From the NCBI GenBank assembly GCA_964270895.1, contig OZ185435.1: DNA of 64,000 nt; one strand, given 5' to 3'. Below the pieces are notes generated by a model, which saw only the letters and a program-made list of their open reading frames with translations, did no database searches and had not been told where the DNA came from. Made by a program: the position numbers and the translations under genes. This document shows positions 26,211 through 38,112 of this stretch, in pieces; within the stretch, counting starts at the first letter, position 1; every line of letters starts with the position of its first letter. This DNA is from Podarcis filfolensis. Its lineage: Eukaryota.

Positions 26211-26508
26211 CCCAAAATGGATTAATCCGTTCCAGACTTTTAAAAACAACCCCTAAAACAGCAATTTAACATGAAATTTTACTAACGATATCATTGAGCC
26301 ATAAAATGAAAGCAATGAACAATGTACTTCAGTCACACAATCAATCAATACGGAGGTATGGCACTCAAATCGTCAGCATAACACTCAAAACGGAGCATAT
26401 TCGGCTTCTGAAGAAAGTTCACAAACCAGAACACTTACTTTCAGGTTTGCGGTGTTTGGGTTCCAAGTTGTTTGAGTACCAAGGCATTTGAGAACCAAGG
26501 TACCACTG
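26211..26508. mobile_element. Tc1/mariner-type MITE, long class, left end missing
   Basis: Matches 38599-39089 internally; right TIR gagaaccaaggtaccactg followed by TA. Confidence 0.88.
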
Positions 26509-26600
26509 TACTAGGCCCAATGACCTGAACAATGAAACAAACTGACATACTTGTCCCAGTGCCATGCAAACACAGATATTTGGGATCTTCTATTCCTTTA

Positions 26601-26825
26601 CAGTGGTACCTCAAGTTACAAATGCCTCAGGTTACAAACTCCGCTAACCTAGAAGAGTTACCTTGAGTTGAGAACTTTGTCGCAGGATGAGAATGGAAAT
26701 CGTGTGCCGGTGGCGCAGTGGTAGCAAGAGGCACCATTAGGGAAAGCACGCCTCTAGTTAAGAACAGTTTCAGGTTAAGAACGGACCTCCGGAACAAATT
26801 AAGTTCGTAACTAGAGCTACCACTG
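26601..26825. mobile_element. Tc1/mariner-type MITE, short class
   Basis: TIRs cagtggtacctc / gagctaccactg; TA TSD. Confidence 0.9.
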
Positions 26826-27070
26826 TAATTGGTTCAATAGGTACCCTTACACATTCCATATATGCGCAAGCTGTGCATACTTAAAGCCCTTTCGTCTATA
26901 TCAGATTTCCTTGCGTGTGAGATGTATTCGAGGAGAACTCACCAGCAGCCCATGGAATTGATGGTTCAAGGAATATGCATGTGTAGTGCCTCTTAACCCT
27001 TCTTTTGGATTTTGTGTGTGTGTGTCCTTCAGCAAATGGGAGAGAAAGGCTGTGGCTTGCAAAATCCCAT

Positions 27071-27320
27071 CCCTGTGTTGATATTTATAAGCACAGGGTT
27101 AAGGTTAAGCTCTGCCCCTATTTTCAAAGGATTTTCTTATCACTCGAAGCTGGGAGCTGAGCTCCCATGGGACTGTGGGCTTACAGCTATATTGCTAATG
27201 GATAATGCCTTGAAGCACCATCTAGCTTTTCTCACCTTCATCCAGCTTTAGCATCCAAGTTTAAATCTGGAAATTGCCATCGTTGCTGTGGCCTGCCGGT
27301 GTGGACACTTTCTGGTAAGT
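27071..27320 (+). promoter_or_regulatory. Candidate promoter and first/internal exon ending in a GTAAGT donor
   Basis: TATA/MEF2-like ATATTTATAA (27081-27090), GGGTTA-AGGTTA direct repeat (27096-27107), GATA site (27137-27142), acceptor-like ttctcaccttcatccag ending at 27245, donor CTG|GTAAGT at 27314/27315. Motif inference only. Confidence 0.35.
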
Positions 27321-27881
27321 ATTTCAATATTTTGATAAAAGCAAGAAAACGTCTCTACAGAGGATTTCCCTGCACATGTATTAAGACTCCTACATTTACT
27401 GATAAAGCCACATTCTCACATTGTTACAGCACTGTCATACATGCATGCCCAATGCGCAGCCGAAAGAAATAAATGTACTCTCCGCAAGGCGATTAAAGAT
27501 CTTTGGCTTGCAGCGTACCAAAACTGCATATATAACTGCCGTATTGGCTTTTAACTCCACCCCCTCTCGCCTGTTTGTGACTGCATTTCTTAAGAGCACT
27601 GAATCACAACCAAAGGGAAAAAGGGAATTATTCATACACCTTCCAATCACTCATTTCCACACAAAACAAACAGGCTCCTGCAATTATAAAAGCTTTTCCG
27701 AAACCTAAATATCAGCAAAAATAATAATAATATGGAGAATAAAGTTTACTTCCCCGCTACGAATCTCCTAATCTCTGGCAAACCTATTAATAGTTTTTTT
27801 CTTCAATTTTCTTCTAAAGCAGTGCTCAAAGCAAGCGCCTTAATGAGGCAGTCATTCTAAACACGTACAGACAAAGAAGTG

Positions 27882-27895
27882 GTTTCCTTAGCAAC
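27882..27895 (+). promoter_or_regulatory. RFX X-box motif
   Basis: GTTTCCTTAGCAAC matches GTYNCC-N0-3-RGYAAC, within a TE-free, CpG-retaining block. Confidence 0.4.
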
Positions 27896-28195
27896 AAGAA
27901 CCATGCAAAAGCTCTGAGAGCTTTTTGGTCTCCATCGCCTGTTAGCCTGGGTTCACGAGCATAGGCTGTCAGCCTTTTCAAAGATTATGTCCCCTGGAGG
28001 AATAAAATAATTATTGTAAATGTTAACATATATATTAAGTTTGATAGATGTATGTTTTGATTAAAAAAAATTGAGGCACATGCGGGTGTTTCTCCTGCAT
28101 ATGAACTGAAAACAAAAGCTCATGTGATTCTAGCAGGTAAGACTTGCTAGAGTTGTTTCTGAGGGAGAGCCTGAGGAAAGCTTTATGGGGGGGGG

Positions 28196-28522
28196 GGGCT
28201 TGCCGATCAGAAGGTCAGCGGTTCGAATCCCCGCAACGGGATGAACTCCTGTTGCTCGGTCCCAGCTCCTGCCAACCTAGCAGTTCGAAAGCATGCCAAA
28301 AAGTTCAAGTAGATAAATAGGTATCGCTCCAGCAGGAAGGTAAACAGCGTTTCCACGTGCTGCTCTGGTTTCGGTGTTCTGTTGAGCCAGAAGTGGTTTA
28401 GTCAGGCTGGCCACATGACCTGGAAAAACTGTTTGCGGACAAATGCCAGCTCCCTCGGCCTGTAAAGTGAGATGAGTGCCGCAACTCCAGAGTCGTTTAC
28501 GACTGGACTTAACTGTCAGGGG

Positions 28523-28523
<1 letters not shown>
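28196..28523 (+). mobile_element. Sauria SINE, 5'-truncated, tail replaced by (TA)n
   Basis: Body starts at ggcttgccgatcagaagg after a G-run; (TA)n at 28524-28560. Confidence 0.9.
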
Positions 28524-28562
<39 letters not shown>

Positions 28563-28563
<1 letters not shown>

Positions 28564-28715
28564 AGTGCAGTATAGCATACCAAGAGTTGGCTTGGCTTGG
28601 GAAACCCTAGATTCAAATCCTGACTTAGCCATGACATTCACTGGGTGGCCAAGGGTCAGAAACTCTCTCACAGCTTAGCCTTCTTCACAGGATTGTTGTG
28701 AGGAGAAAAGTGAAC
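28563..28715 (+). mobile_element. Old MIR-like SINE
   Basis: tRNA-like head (agattcaaatcc) and cttcacaggattgttgtgagga core. Confidence 0.65.
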
Positions 28716-29855
28716 ACCACACATGACATTCTGAGCACAGGAATCTTAGGATTTTTTTCCCTTAAACGTAATAAGTCAAAACTGATGGTGTATGAATTCT
28801 ACATAGTCAGTACAATCATTTATTAACAAAGTAGTCATCGGTGAAATCTTTTCTCAGGTCATGAAACAGGGGTTTCCTAAAAACTCTCGGCACCCAAACA
28901 AATTTTAGCTTCCCAGATTCTGTGGGGAAAGCCATGACTGGTATGATATGGTACTGATTTCGATGTGTAATGCAGATGAAAGGGAAACTTTTGCTTCTCC
29001 AATAGTCATTTGCTTTTGAAAAGGTCAGATTTACAGGATATATGTTCTGCCTTTGGGGTGTATCTGAGTTTCCCTAACTTGGAGATTTCTGGCCACACTG
29101 ATTGCTCAATTCAGGACTCTGGAGCCAGGGTATTGGTCCATAGATCAATTACATACCTATTTTAGAAAGTTCAAGTCAATTTCAAGAACCAATGAGCATG
29201 CCCCAACAGTTAATACAGCAATGGCTTTTTGAGTTCCTAGTCTGAGCAATGAAGATCATTCATTCTCAGAATAGGTATGTCTGTTTGCAGTATTAGCCCC
29301 TTTTCACACATATTTGTGAGAGGAGTTTACCCAAAATAAAGGGGGAAAGGATTCCTGTTGCTTCCTCACTGAACATCATCTATCCTGTTGGCTGGCCACC
29401 ATCAGATATCTGGAAAAGAGCACAGAGCTCTCCACACATGGGTCTGGGTTCAACTAAGTATATGTGCTACTGGGAGCCAGTGTAATCAGTCTCACAAGCA
29501 CAACAGGGCTCCTTCCCTCTCCCCAATAAAATCACATTTGAGGGCTCTGGAACCCCTAGAACCGTGCTCAGGGTGAGAAGAGGGGAGACTGCTTCATCAG
29601 ACAAGCTGAAATGTTTACCCTGGCAGAATGATTGTCTTGGTGTGATGCTGAATACCACCCATAAACTTATCAATATATATAAACAACATTCATGATCCAG
29701 TCTCTCCCTTTTTCACCATTTCTAAAAAGTACTTATATTAACATGAGTTCCACCGGTACAAAAGCAGTGTCCAGAATTATTGAAATCTAATGCCTGGATT
29801 ATATGTCAGGCACCACAAAATGCATACTGTTGTAAGTTTGGGGTGGTAAACTGTA

Positions 29856-30306
29856 AGTGAGATACTTCTAATCCCTGGATCCAGCAAATGTTAAAATATA
29901 AGCCAGGCTAGCTTGTTTTGTTGAGGTGATCACCTAGGTGATGAGACACTAAGAGAAACAAAGGAAAGGTGCTCTGTGTAAGACGGTAAATGGGTGGCTC
30001 TGGTCATGTCCCAGGTTAGTTAGAAGGACAAAAGCCAGAGCTCAGAGTTTGCAGTGATGTGCCCTAGAGGGAAAAGCAGCAAGCCAGAGAGAGAGCCAGA
30101 GAGCAAAGCTTGATGTCTGTTTGAATCCTAGGCTGTGGCTATGGGAGAAACAAGACCCTTTTGGAGTGTTAATGCTATGAACCCCTCCATCGTAGGCTCA
30201 GGTTGTATATTTGTGTAAATAAACCATATATTATAAAAACACCACAGTCTCCGCTGTGCCTCATTCCCAAAGGAAACACAAATCCTGGAACCCCTGGAAT
30301 CTCACA
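29856..30306 (+). mobile_element. Probable solo LTR (different family)
   Basis: (a)gtgagat ... atctcaca termini; AATAAA at about 30217 followed by U5-like sequence; no clean TSD. Confidence 0.5.
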
Positions 30307-30511
30307 GCACTCAGTTTATATTTTAGCCCTTGTTGGATTTAGGGGTTTGAAGGATCTCACATGCAGCTTAACTCCCCAGACTCATAACAATATTGTACTA
30401 TTATATAGAGAGCACACAAATTTGTTTTTAAAAATAAAAATAGACCAAACATTATTTACTGTTGTTGCAACTGAGATGCACATTATCATGAAATTCATGC
30501 AGGCCTCCCAG

Positions 30512-30582
30512 TTTGAGACATTTGTGTTTCACATTTATTTTCCCCACTTTGAGACATTTGCATTTCACATTTATTTTCCTAC
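30512..30582. repeat. Two-copy ~36-bp tandem duplication
   Basis: tttgagacatttg(tg/ca)tttcacatttattttcc repeated twice. Confidence 0.9.
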
Positions 30583-31285
30583 TATATATCATGTCGAAAC
30601 AAGAATTGGAATAGAACAGAAAACTAATGGCTGTTGGGGTGAGGGAATGAAACTTTTGTTTAAAAACTAGTAAAAATTGCACTGTCCCACTTTTTTACCT
30701 TGGGGGCTGGGGGGGGGGAGGGAAATCCCACAGAAAAAAAGACGCTTCAGATTTGTCGAGCTGCTGTGTTTGCTTCTGACACAAAATGAATCAGGCCTCC
30801 TCTTGGATTATGTGGGTGGTATTTCCGCTCTTCCCTGGTGTGATAATTCACTGCCTGCAGCTGTGGCATGCAAACTCAAATATTTTCTGTTTCTGTTTGG
30901 TTTTCAAAAGAAAGGCACCCGACTTTGCTGCTGGTCTTTTGCAGAGACACTAAAGTTGAGTAATGTGAGACAGAGCAGTCATTAAAACGAAAGGGAAGAC
31001 TCTTGAACAATGCATATGCCAATGCAACAGCAACAGATTCCCCAGAAACCTCCAGCAGCTCCAGGTCTGAGGGTGCCTTCTCACCTAATGTTTGTACTGG
31101 AGTACAGCTGCTCAAGAGGGAGGGGGGGAAATCTAAAATAAAACTTTGAAAAATTACACCATAGTCCATCAGTTATACATATGGAGTCAAATTTCCTTTA
31201 AAACACACGCAAGTTGGGGAGGGGAGAGAATGATTCTTGGCTGTTCACCACTTTAATAAGGATCCTTGAGGAATTCGATCATTGT

Positions 31286-32070
31286 AAATGCTGATGACAC
31301 AACCTTGATGGCAGAAAGTGAGGAGGAATTAAAGAATCTTTTAATGAGGGTGAAAGAGGAGAGCGCAAAATATGGTCTGAAGCTCAACATCAAAAAAAAC
31401 GAAGATCATGGCCACTGGTCCCATCACCTCCTGGCAAATAGAAGGGGAAGAAATGGAGGCAGTGAGAGATTTACTTTCTTGGGCTCCATGATCACTGCAG
31501 ATGGTGACAGCAGTCACGAAATTAAAAGACGCCTGCTTCTTGGGAGAATAGCAATGACAAACCTAGACAGCATCTTAAAAAGCAGAGGCATCACCTTGCC
31601 GACAAAGGTCAGTATAGTTAAAGCTATGGTTTTCCCGGTAGTGATGTATGGAAGTGAGAGCTGGCCATCAAGAAGGCTGATCGCCAAAGAATTGATGCTT
31701 TTGAATTATGGTGCTGGAGGAGACTCTTAAGAGTCCCATGGACTGTAAGAAGATTAAACCTATCCATTCTTAAGGAAATCAGCCCTGAGTGCTTACTGGA
31801 GCAGATTCTGAAGCTGAGGCTCCAATACTTTGGCCACCTCATGAGAAGAGAAGACTCCCTGGAAAAGACCCTGATGCTGGGAAAGTTTGAGGGCACAAGG
31901 AGAAGGGGATGACAGAGGACGAGATGGTTGGACAGTGTTCTCGAAGCTACCAACATGAGTTTGACCAAACTGCAGGAGGCAGTGGAAGACAGGAGTGCCT
32001 GGCGTGCTCTGGTCCATGGGGTCACAAAGAGTCGGACGTGACTAAATGACTAAACAACAACTACAACTAC
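31286..32070 (+). mobile_element. Bov-B (RTE) LINE 3' fragment, frameshifted
   Basis: ADDTTLMAESEEELKNLLMRVKEESAKYGL RT motif; (CAA)n-type tail. Confidence 0.96.
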
Positions 32071-32164
32071 AGAGAGCCCCATATACCCTTTAGAAAAGGC
32101 AATAAAGGCAAAGAAAAAACCCATATCGGGAAGTCACTGATTCAGTACAGCTGGTGCAGCATTG

Positions 32165-32506
32165 TTCTGGTCCATGGGGTCATGAAGAGGAAGAAGAGGA
32201 GGAGGAGGAGGAGGAGGAGGAGGAGGAGGAGGAGGAGGAGTCTGGATTTGATATCCAGATTTATCACTACCTGAAGGAGTCTCAAAGCGGCTAGCATTCT
32301 CCTTTCCCTTCCTCCCCCACAACAAACACTCTGTGAGGTGAGTGGGGCTGAGAGACTTCAGAGAAGTGTGACTAGCCCAAGGTCACCCAGCAGCTGCATC
32401 TGGAGGAGCGGAGACGTGAACCCGGTTCACCAGATTACTAGTCTACTGCTCTTAACCACTACACCACACTGGCTCTCAACATGACTAAATGACTAAACAA
32501 CAACAA
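32165..32506 (+). mobile_element. Very short Bov-B 3' terminus split by a SINE
   Basis: tctggtccatggggtcatgaagag (32165-32189) ... aacatgactaaatgactaaacaacaacaa (32478-32506). Confidence 0.75.
32190..32477 (-). mobile_element. tRNA-head/CORE (Squam3-type) SINE with expanded (CTC)n tail
   Basis: Near-identical to 12911-13157; (GAG)n on the plus strand. Confidence 0.92.
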
Positions 32507-32736
32507 TGGCCCATCCAGCTAGATCTGCCAAGCAGGCTTGGCTCATTAGCATAATTAAATCCAAAGCATTACTGTGCTTGGCCAAGTTTCATCAAGCCTT
32601 GATTATTTTTTTTACTAAATCCATGAATTATGGGAAGAATCTGGCACCCAGGAATTTAGAGGGATCTGCTCCCCAAAACCTTAACACTATCCCCCTCTTA
32701 GACAAAATATATCTGACCACAGCTGTGTAATAACTG

Positions 32737-32769
32737 GAAGAAGAAGAAGAAGAAGAAGAAGAAGAAGAA

Positions 32770-32800
<31 letters not shown>
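32737..32800. repeat. (GAA)n microsatellite
   Basis: Direct. Confidence 0.97.
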
Positions 32801-32801
<1 letters not shown>

Positions 32802-32837
32802 CAAAAAAAATTCCACTCATATATTTAAGCTCATAAG

Positions 32838-33349
32838 TGTTTTGATAGGAATTTTAGGTCAAGATTTGCCAAAAAGCAAACAAAAACTTTTCATGTATGC
32901 TACAACTGTGGAACGGATGCTACTGGCACAAAGATGGAAAAGTGATAAAATACCAACCAAAGAAGAATGGCAAGAAAAACTTATGGAGTATGATGAAATG
33001 GCAAAACTAACAAAGACTTCGAAATAAGGACAAAAAATCCTTTATCAAAGATTGGGAACCATTTTCGGCCTTTATAAAGAATCAATGTAGAAAATTGGAC
33101 TCATTAGCAGGTTTTGAATAATCATTTACAATTAGCAAAAATTATATAATTTATAAGTTAAAATACAAAAATAGAGAAAAAGGAAATATGCAGGAAATGA
33201 TAGATAAACCAGAGAAGGAGGTTGAGGGAAGTCCGGGGGGGGGGGGATGGGGAAAATTTGGAATTGTGAATTATGTTATTTGTTATGATGTAATATTGGA
33301 AAAATGGAAAACTTAATAAAAATTGTTAAAAAAGAAAAGAAAAGAAAAA
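32838..33349 (+). mobile_element. L1 LINE 3' end
   Basis: ORF2-end peptide FMYATTVERMLLAQRWKSDKIPTKEEWQEKLMEY, G-rich 3' UTR, AATAAA and A-rich tail. Confidence 0.82.
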
Positions 33350-33987
33350 ATACAGCTCTCCTGTCAAAATACATAGCAGCAAAGTTAGTAAAGGCATATG
33401 ACCAAATCATCAAAGCACACAATGACACTTTTTAACACAACCCAACACAGTAACAGTCTTTGCCTTTCCAGCAATTTCCAGTTCATCAAGAATTCTTCAG
33501 GTATCCTGCTTCCTTCTTGGTGCAAACTCCTGCCAGATCTGTGTACCCTTCACAAATGATTGGCTGTGTATATAAATATTGATGTGGCTCCTGGATGAAC
33601 TAGGTGATACACACAAGTGCATTGCCCTAATTGCCATTTTAATAAAGGAATGTCCAAGGGATGCTTATAAAAAGAGAAGTGGCGGGGAGAAGGGGTTGTT
33701 TAATCCTTTTCCTTGCCACAATTTCAGTATTTCAAATCATTCACATGGAGCATTGCTCCTGCAGCATTCCAATCTTACAGAGGAAAAACAAGTTTCGTCC
33801 CTAATCAAAATAAAGTTCCTGGGGATGCGGGTGCTTTGGAGTGGGAGAACAGCAAGGGGGGTAAGGCTATGCATTTCCTTTCCCCCTCCACTTCTCTGCT
33901 CCCAATTCATCAAAAGCAGCCTTTCCTTTTTAAATAGGGTTGATAACATACTGTAATGCATTGGCATCTAAGGTCTACTTTATCTCT

Positions 33988-34823
33988 TTGTTGTTGTTTA
34001 GTCGTTTAGTCGTGTCCGACTCTTCGTGACCCCATGGACCAGAGCACGCCAGGCACTTCTGTCTTCCACTGCCTCCCGCAGTTTGTTCAGACTCATGTTT
34101 GTAGCTTCGAAGACACTATCCAACCATCTCGTCCTCTGTCGTCCCCTTCTCCTTGTGCCCTCCATCTTTCCCAGCATCAGGGTCTTTTCCAGGGAGTCTT
34201 CTCTTCTCATGAGGTGGCCAAAGTATTGGAGCCTCAGCTTCACGATCTGTCCTTCCAGTGAGCACTCAGGGCTGATTTCCTTCAGAATGGAGAGGTTTGA
34301 TCTTCTTGCAGTCCATGGGACTCTCAAGAGTCTCCTCCAGCACCATAATTCAAAAGCATCAATTATTCGGCGATCAGCCTTCTTTATGGTCCAGCTCTCA
34401 CTTCCATAAATCACTACTGGGAAAACCATAGCTTTAACTATACGGACCTTTGTTGGCAAGGTGATGTCTCTACTTTTTAAGATGCTGTCTAGGTTGGTCA
34501 TTGCTTTCCTCCCAAGAAGCAGGCGTCTCTTAATTTCGTGGCTGCTGTCACCATCTGCAGTGATCATGGAGCCCAAGAAAGTAAAATCTCTCACTGCCTC
34601 CATTTCTTCCCCTTCTATTTGCCAGGAGGTGATGGGACCAGTGGCCATGATCTTCGTTTTTTTGATGTTGAGCTTCAGACCATATTTTGCGCTCTCCTCT
34701 TTCACCCTCAATAAAAGGTTCTTTAATTCCTCCTCACTTTCTGCCATCAAGGTTGTGTCATCTGCATATCTGAGGTTGTTGATATTTCTTCCAGCAATCT
34801 TAATTCCGGCTAGGGATTCATCT
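33988..34823 (-). mobile_element. Bov-B (RTE) LINE 3' fragment
   Basis: Uninterrupted RT C-terminal frame and (CAA)n tail; probable short TSD/microhomology atctctt. Confidence 0.97.
33998..34750 (-). pseudogene. Bov-B reverse transcriptase C-terminal fragment (250 aa, open)
   Basis: MAESEEELKNLLLRVKEESAKYGLKLNIKKTK...YGSESWTIKK...RLQYFGHLMRR; preceded in frame by NNLRYADDTTL. Confidence 0.93.
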
Positions 34824-35099
34824 CTTAGAACAATGCTAATTCAGCCCTCAAAAACTGGTGGCATGGCAGCTTCACTCCTTACCCTTAGCTGTGCTAATGA
34901 TATATAGTTCTGTGAGCAGAGTGGTAATTGGGCAGGAGATGGACTTTTGGCTTTCTTCTCAAGTGAAAACCTCAGGGAAATGGAAGAATGCTGCAGGTCC
35001 ATGTGGTCCTCATCCCTCCCACATTCTTGGTCTGGGAAGTAGCAACTGCTAAGCCATCTTTCTGTCTTGCCTTATATTTGAAGAGCCCTAAACAGTTCT

Positions 35100-35459
35100 T
35101 GGGATGTGGGTGGCGCTGTGGGTTGAACCACAGAGCCTAGGGCTTGGCGATCAGAAGGTCGGTGGTTCGAATCCCCACGATAGGGTGAGCTCCCGTTGCT
35201 CGGTCCCTGCTCCTGCCAACCTAGCAATTCAAAAAAACATGTCAAAGTACAAGTAGATAAATAGGTACCACTCCGGTGGGGACGTAAACGACGTTTCCAT
35301 GCGCTGCTCTGGTTCGCCAGAAGTGGCTTAGTCATGCTGGCCACATGACCCGGAAGCTGTACGCCGGCTCCCTCAGCCAATAAAGCAAGATGAGTGCCAC
35401 AACCCCAGAGTCGTCCACGACTGGACCTAACGGTCAGGGGTCCCTTTTCCCTTTACTTT
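35100..35459 (+). mobile_element. Sauria SINE
   Basis: Full length; 11-bp TSD taaacagttct at 35089-35099 and 35460-35470. Confidence 0.95.
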
Positions 35460-35684
35460 TAAACAGTTCTCACTTCCGTTGACAGAGGTTCATTATGTCA
35501 GAGTTTTAGAAGTCCTCATGCTATTTAAAATAGGCTTCAAATACATTCAAGAGACTTTTTGGTGGATGAAACATTTGTTCCTGGGGTCAAAAGGATGCAC
35601 TACTTTCAAAAAGAACAACATGGCTACTTTGGGGCTGGATGATATATTGCAATGGCAAAGCCACAGTGAGAGATCAAAATGTAG

Positions 35685-35965
35685 CTATTCATTTGCTCAA
35701 TTTCTATTCCACCCTTACTGCCGAAGGAGCCCAGGTCAGCAAACGCACCAATAGCGATATCACTGATTTATTTTTGTTTATTTATTCAATTTATATATCA
35801 CACCCTTTCTGCCAAAGAAGCCCAGGGCAGCAAACCACAAGTGATAAAACAATAAAAACATCTTAAAATTAATCCAAACAAGATGCAGGTGGGGAAAGAT
35901 CTCAATTTAAAAGGCTTGTTGAAAGAGGAAGGTGTTTAGCAGCTGTCAAAAAGACAAGAGATGAC
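35685..35965 (-). mobile_element. Two adjacent L2-type 3' tails
   Basis: caccct...gcc(g/a)aag(g/a)agcccagg...cagcaaac occurs twice (about 35710 and 35800). Confidence 0.6.
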
Positions 35966-38112
35966 CTTAAAAACTTTTATCATTTAAAAATTATCATTAA
36001 AAACATTCTTAATAGAGCTTTAAAACAATTTAGATTCTGATGCTGGTGGCACAGTGTAGTGTTGCAGAGATTTCTTCAGCTGCCAGCTCTGCTACTCCAG
36101 GAGGTTGAACCCAGACCCTGATGTTTCAGCATCACTTTGAGCACCAATAACTTATTTATATACTGTCTGGTGGGCCACTGGGCACAATGATTCTTGCTTG
36201 AGATAAGCTATTCCAATGGCACTGCCTGCAGCTTTCACCCTGTAGTCACTATGGGACAAAGCTTGGCATGCCTCTCTGTTGTATAAAAGTCAAAGAAACA
36301 TGGGACACAACCTAGACATCTGAGATTTTTGTCAACCTTGTACATCCTGTACTGTTTATAGCTAGGGTGCGAAAGGTTTTGACTGCATGCTACACCAGCT
36401 GAGTGAGATGCACTGTGGTGTGGCTCCTTCGCACACCATGCCACCTGGATAACATGAGAAGGCCTGGATGATGTGGGAAGAGTCCACATCATGGCTCCTC
36501 CCCACATCAGTATTGTTCCTCCCAGAAGCTGGGACAACACTGTTATAATGCAGACTCCTTCAGCGTGGCCCAACGATTCTCATGCCTACCCTTGTGATAC
36601 AGCAAGGAGGCAAGATTCAGTGGCAACTGAACCACTGTATGAAAAGAAGGGAGCCAAGAATGTCAGTGAGCCACATTCTTCTGATTGCTCAAAGTTTTCT
36701 ACATTTGATCCTATAAACTGGTTCTTTAGCACAGCACCGCAGTGAATTGGGCACTTAATCAAGTTTGTAAATTCCGAAGATCATATCATTCTTGCATTTC
36801 TCAGTCACAATTTTACTTGGCTAAGGTGTCTCTTTTTTCTCCCATAGTTGAGGAATTCAGCAAAAATAAAAGTTGAGCAAAGTACTTCTTTGCTTCTTAT
36901 ACCAACATAAAGTTTATCTTTAAAAAGCCACCCTAGTCTAAACGTTTCATTTTCTTTCCCCCCACCATTTCTCTAAATTATTTTATTTCCCTAATGGCTT
37001 GTTGTATTGTTTGCCGATACAATGAAAGCACTATTAACACTTAAGCTAATTAAGATTTTCAGAAAAACCCCAGTAACGTCGTCCTCATTAGCCGATTTTA
37101 AAAAATCCTCAGCAGCATTCAGATGTATTAAGGAAAAATGAGGATTGCTTTTAAATTTCAAGAAATGAATGTGAGTCTTCATATTCTGGTACATTAACAG
37201 TTTGTTCCAGTACATTGATATTTTATGTGGAAACCCTACTCAGCAATTAATATGCCCGAGACAAATTGAAAAACCCATAATCCATCCTTCTCTGTTGGAA
37301 TGTAAGAGTATATTATTATTGAGAAGCTACAGGATATCGGAGCCATTTTTTAAACTTGAATGCTCATTACCTTAAATCTGCATACAAAACAGTTTTGCAT
37401 TCAGACTAGGTGATCACATAACTGCATATATCATGTTTCAAATGAAACTGCGCAAAATTATAAAAAGGCATAAGCAACAATAACAAAACACTGCTGCAGG
37501 CTTCTTTTCTAAAGCAAGGTTTATACGAGGTACTGGGGTTTAGTAAGAATTAGAGACAAAGCATTAATAGAGTACTTTCGTGCTGGATATAGAAAGACAG
37601 TTGCCAGTTTGTTTACTTGATTGCCTGTCAGAGGTCATTTGTGCTAAAATTCTGATGTAAAAAAAACGCAGTTTCGTACTTGGAAGGATGTTGTTTCTCA
37701 AACCAATCAAATGCATTGTTGATAATTAGGAGCCCTCCTAGGAATTTTGGCAAAATGGCTTCAAATGGCATGAAAACGAAAACATTTGCTCACTCCAGAG
37801 GTAACCCTTAATTAACAATTTTTATATCACTGCCAGGGATATGTGGCAAGGGATATTTTTTGTCTGCAGTTTCCATGTCTTATCTATTTCTCTTTTTTAC
37901 TTAGGAATTTTTAACATATGAATTTAGGTGCTTCTTCTGAATCTGGATATTAGGGAAATCTGGATTTTAGTTTTACTTGAAAAAACCTCAAGTTTCTCAA
38001 AAGTTCTACCCAGATTTGAAATATTTTACCTATGTATGACAATAAAAGGTTAAAGTTGCAATCAAGACCCATTTCTGTTCTAGCTAAGGTTTCCAATAAA
38101 TCTGAAATATAA

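Noticed and set aside
31624-34907. Several long ORFs antisense to Bov-B (MTPWTRARQALLSS..., MMSLLFKMLSRL...)
   Set aside because: They are antisense shadows of the RT coding frame.
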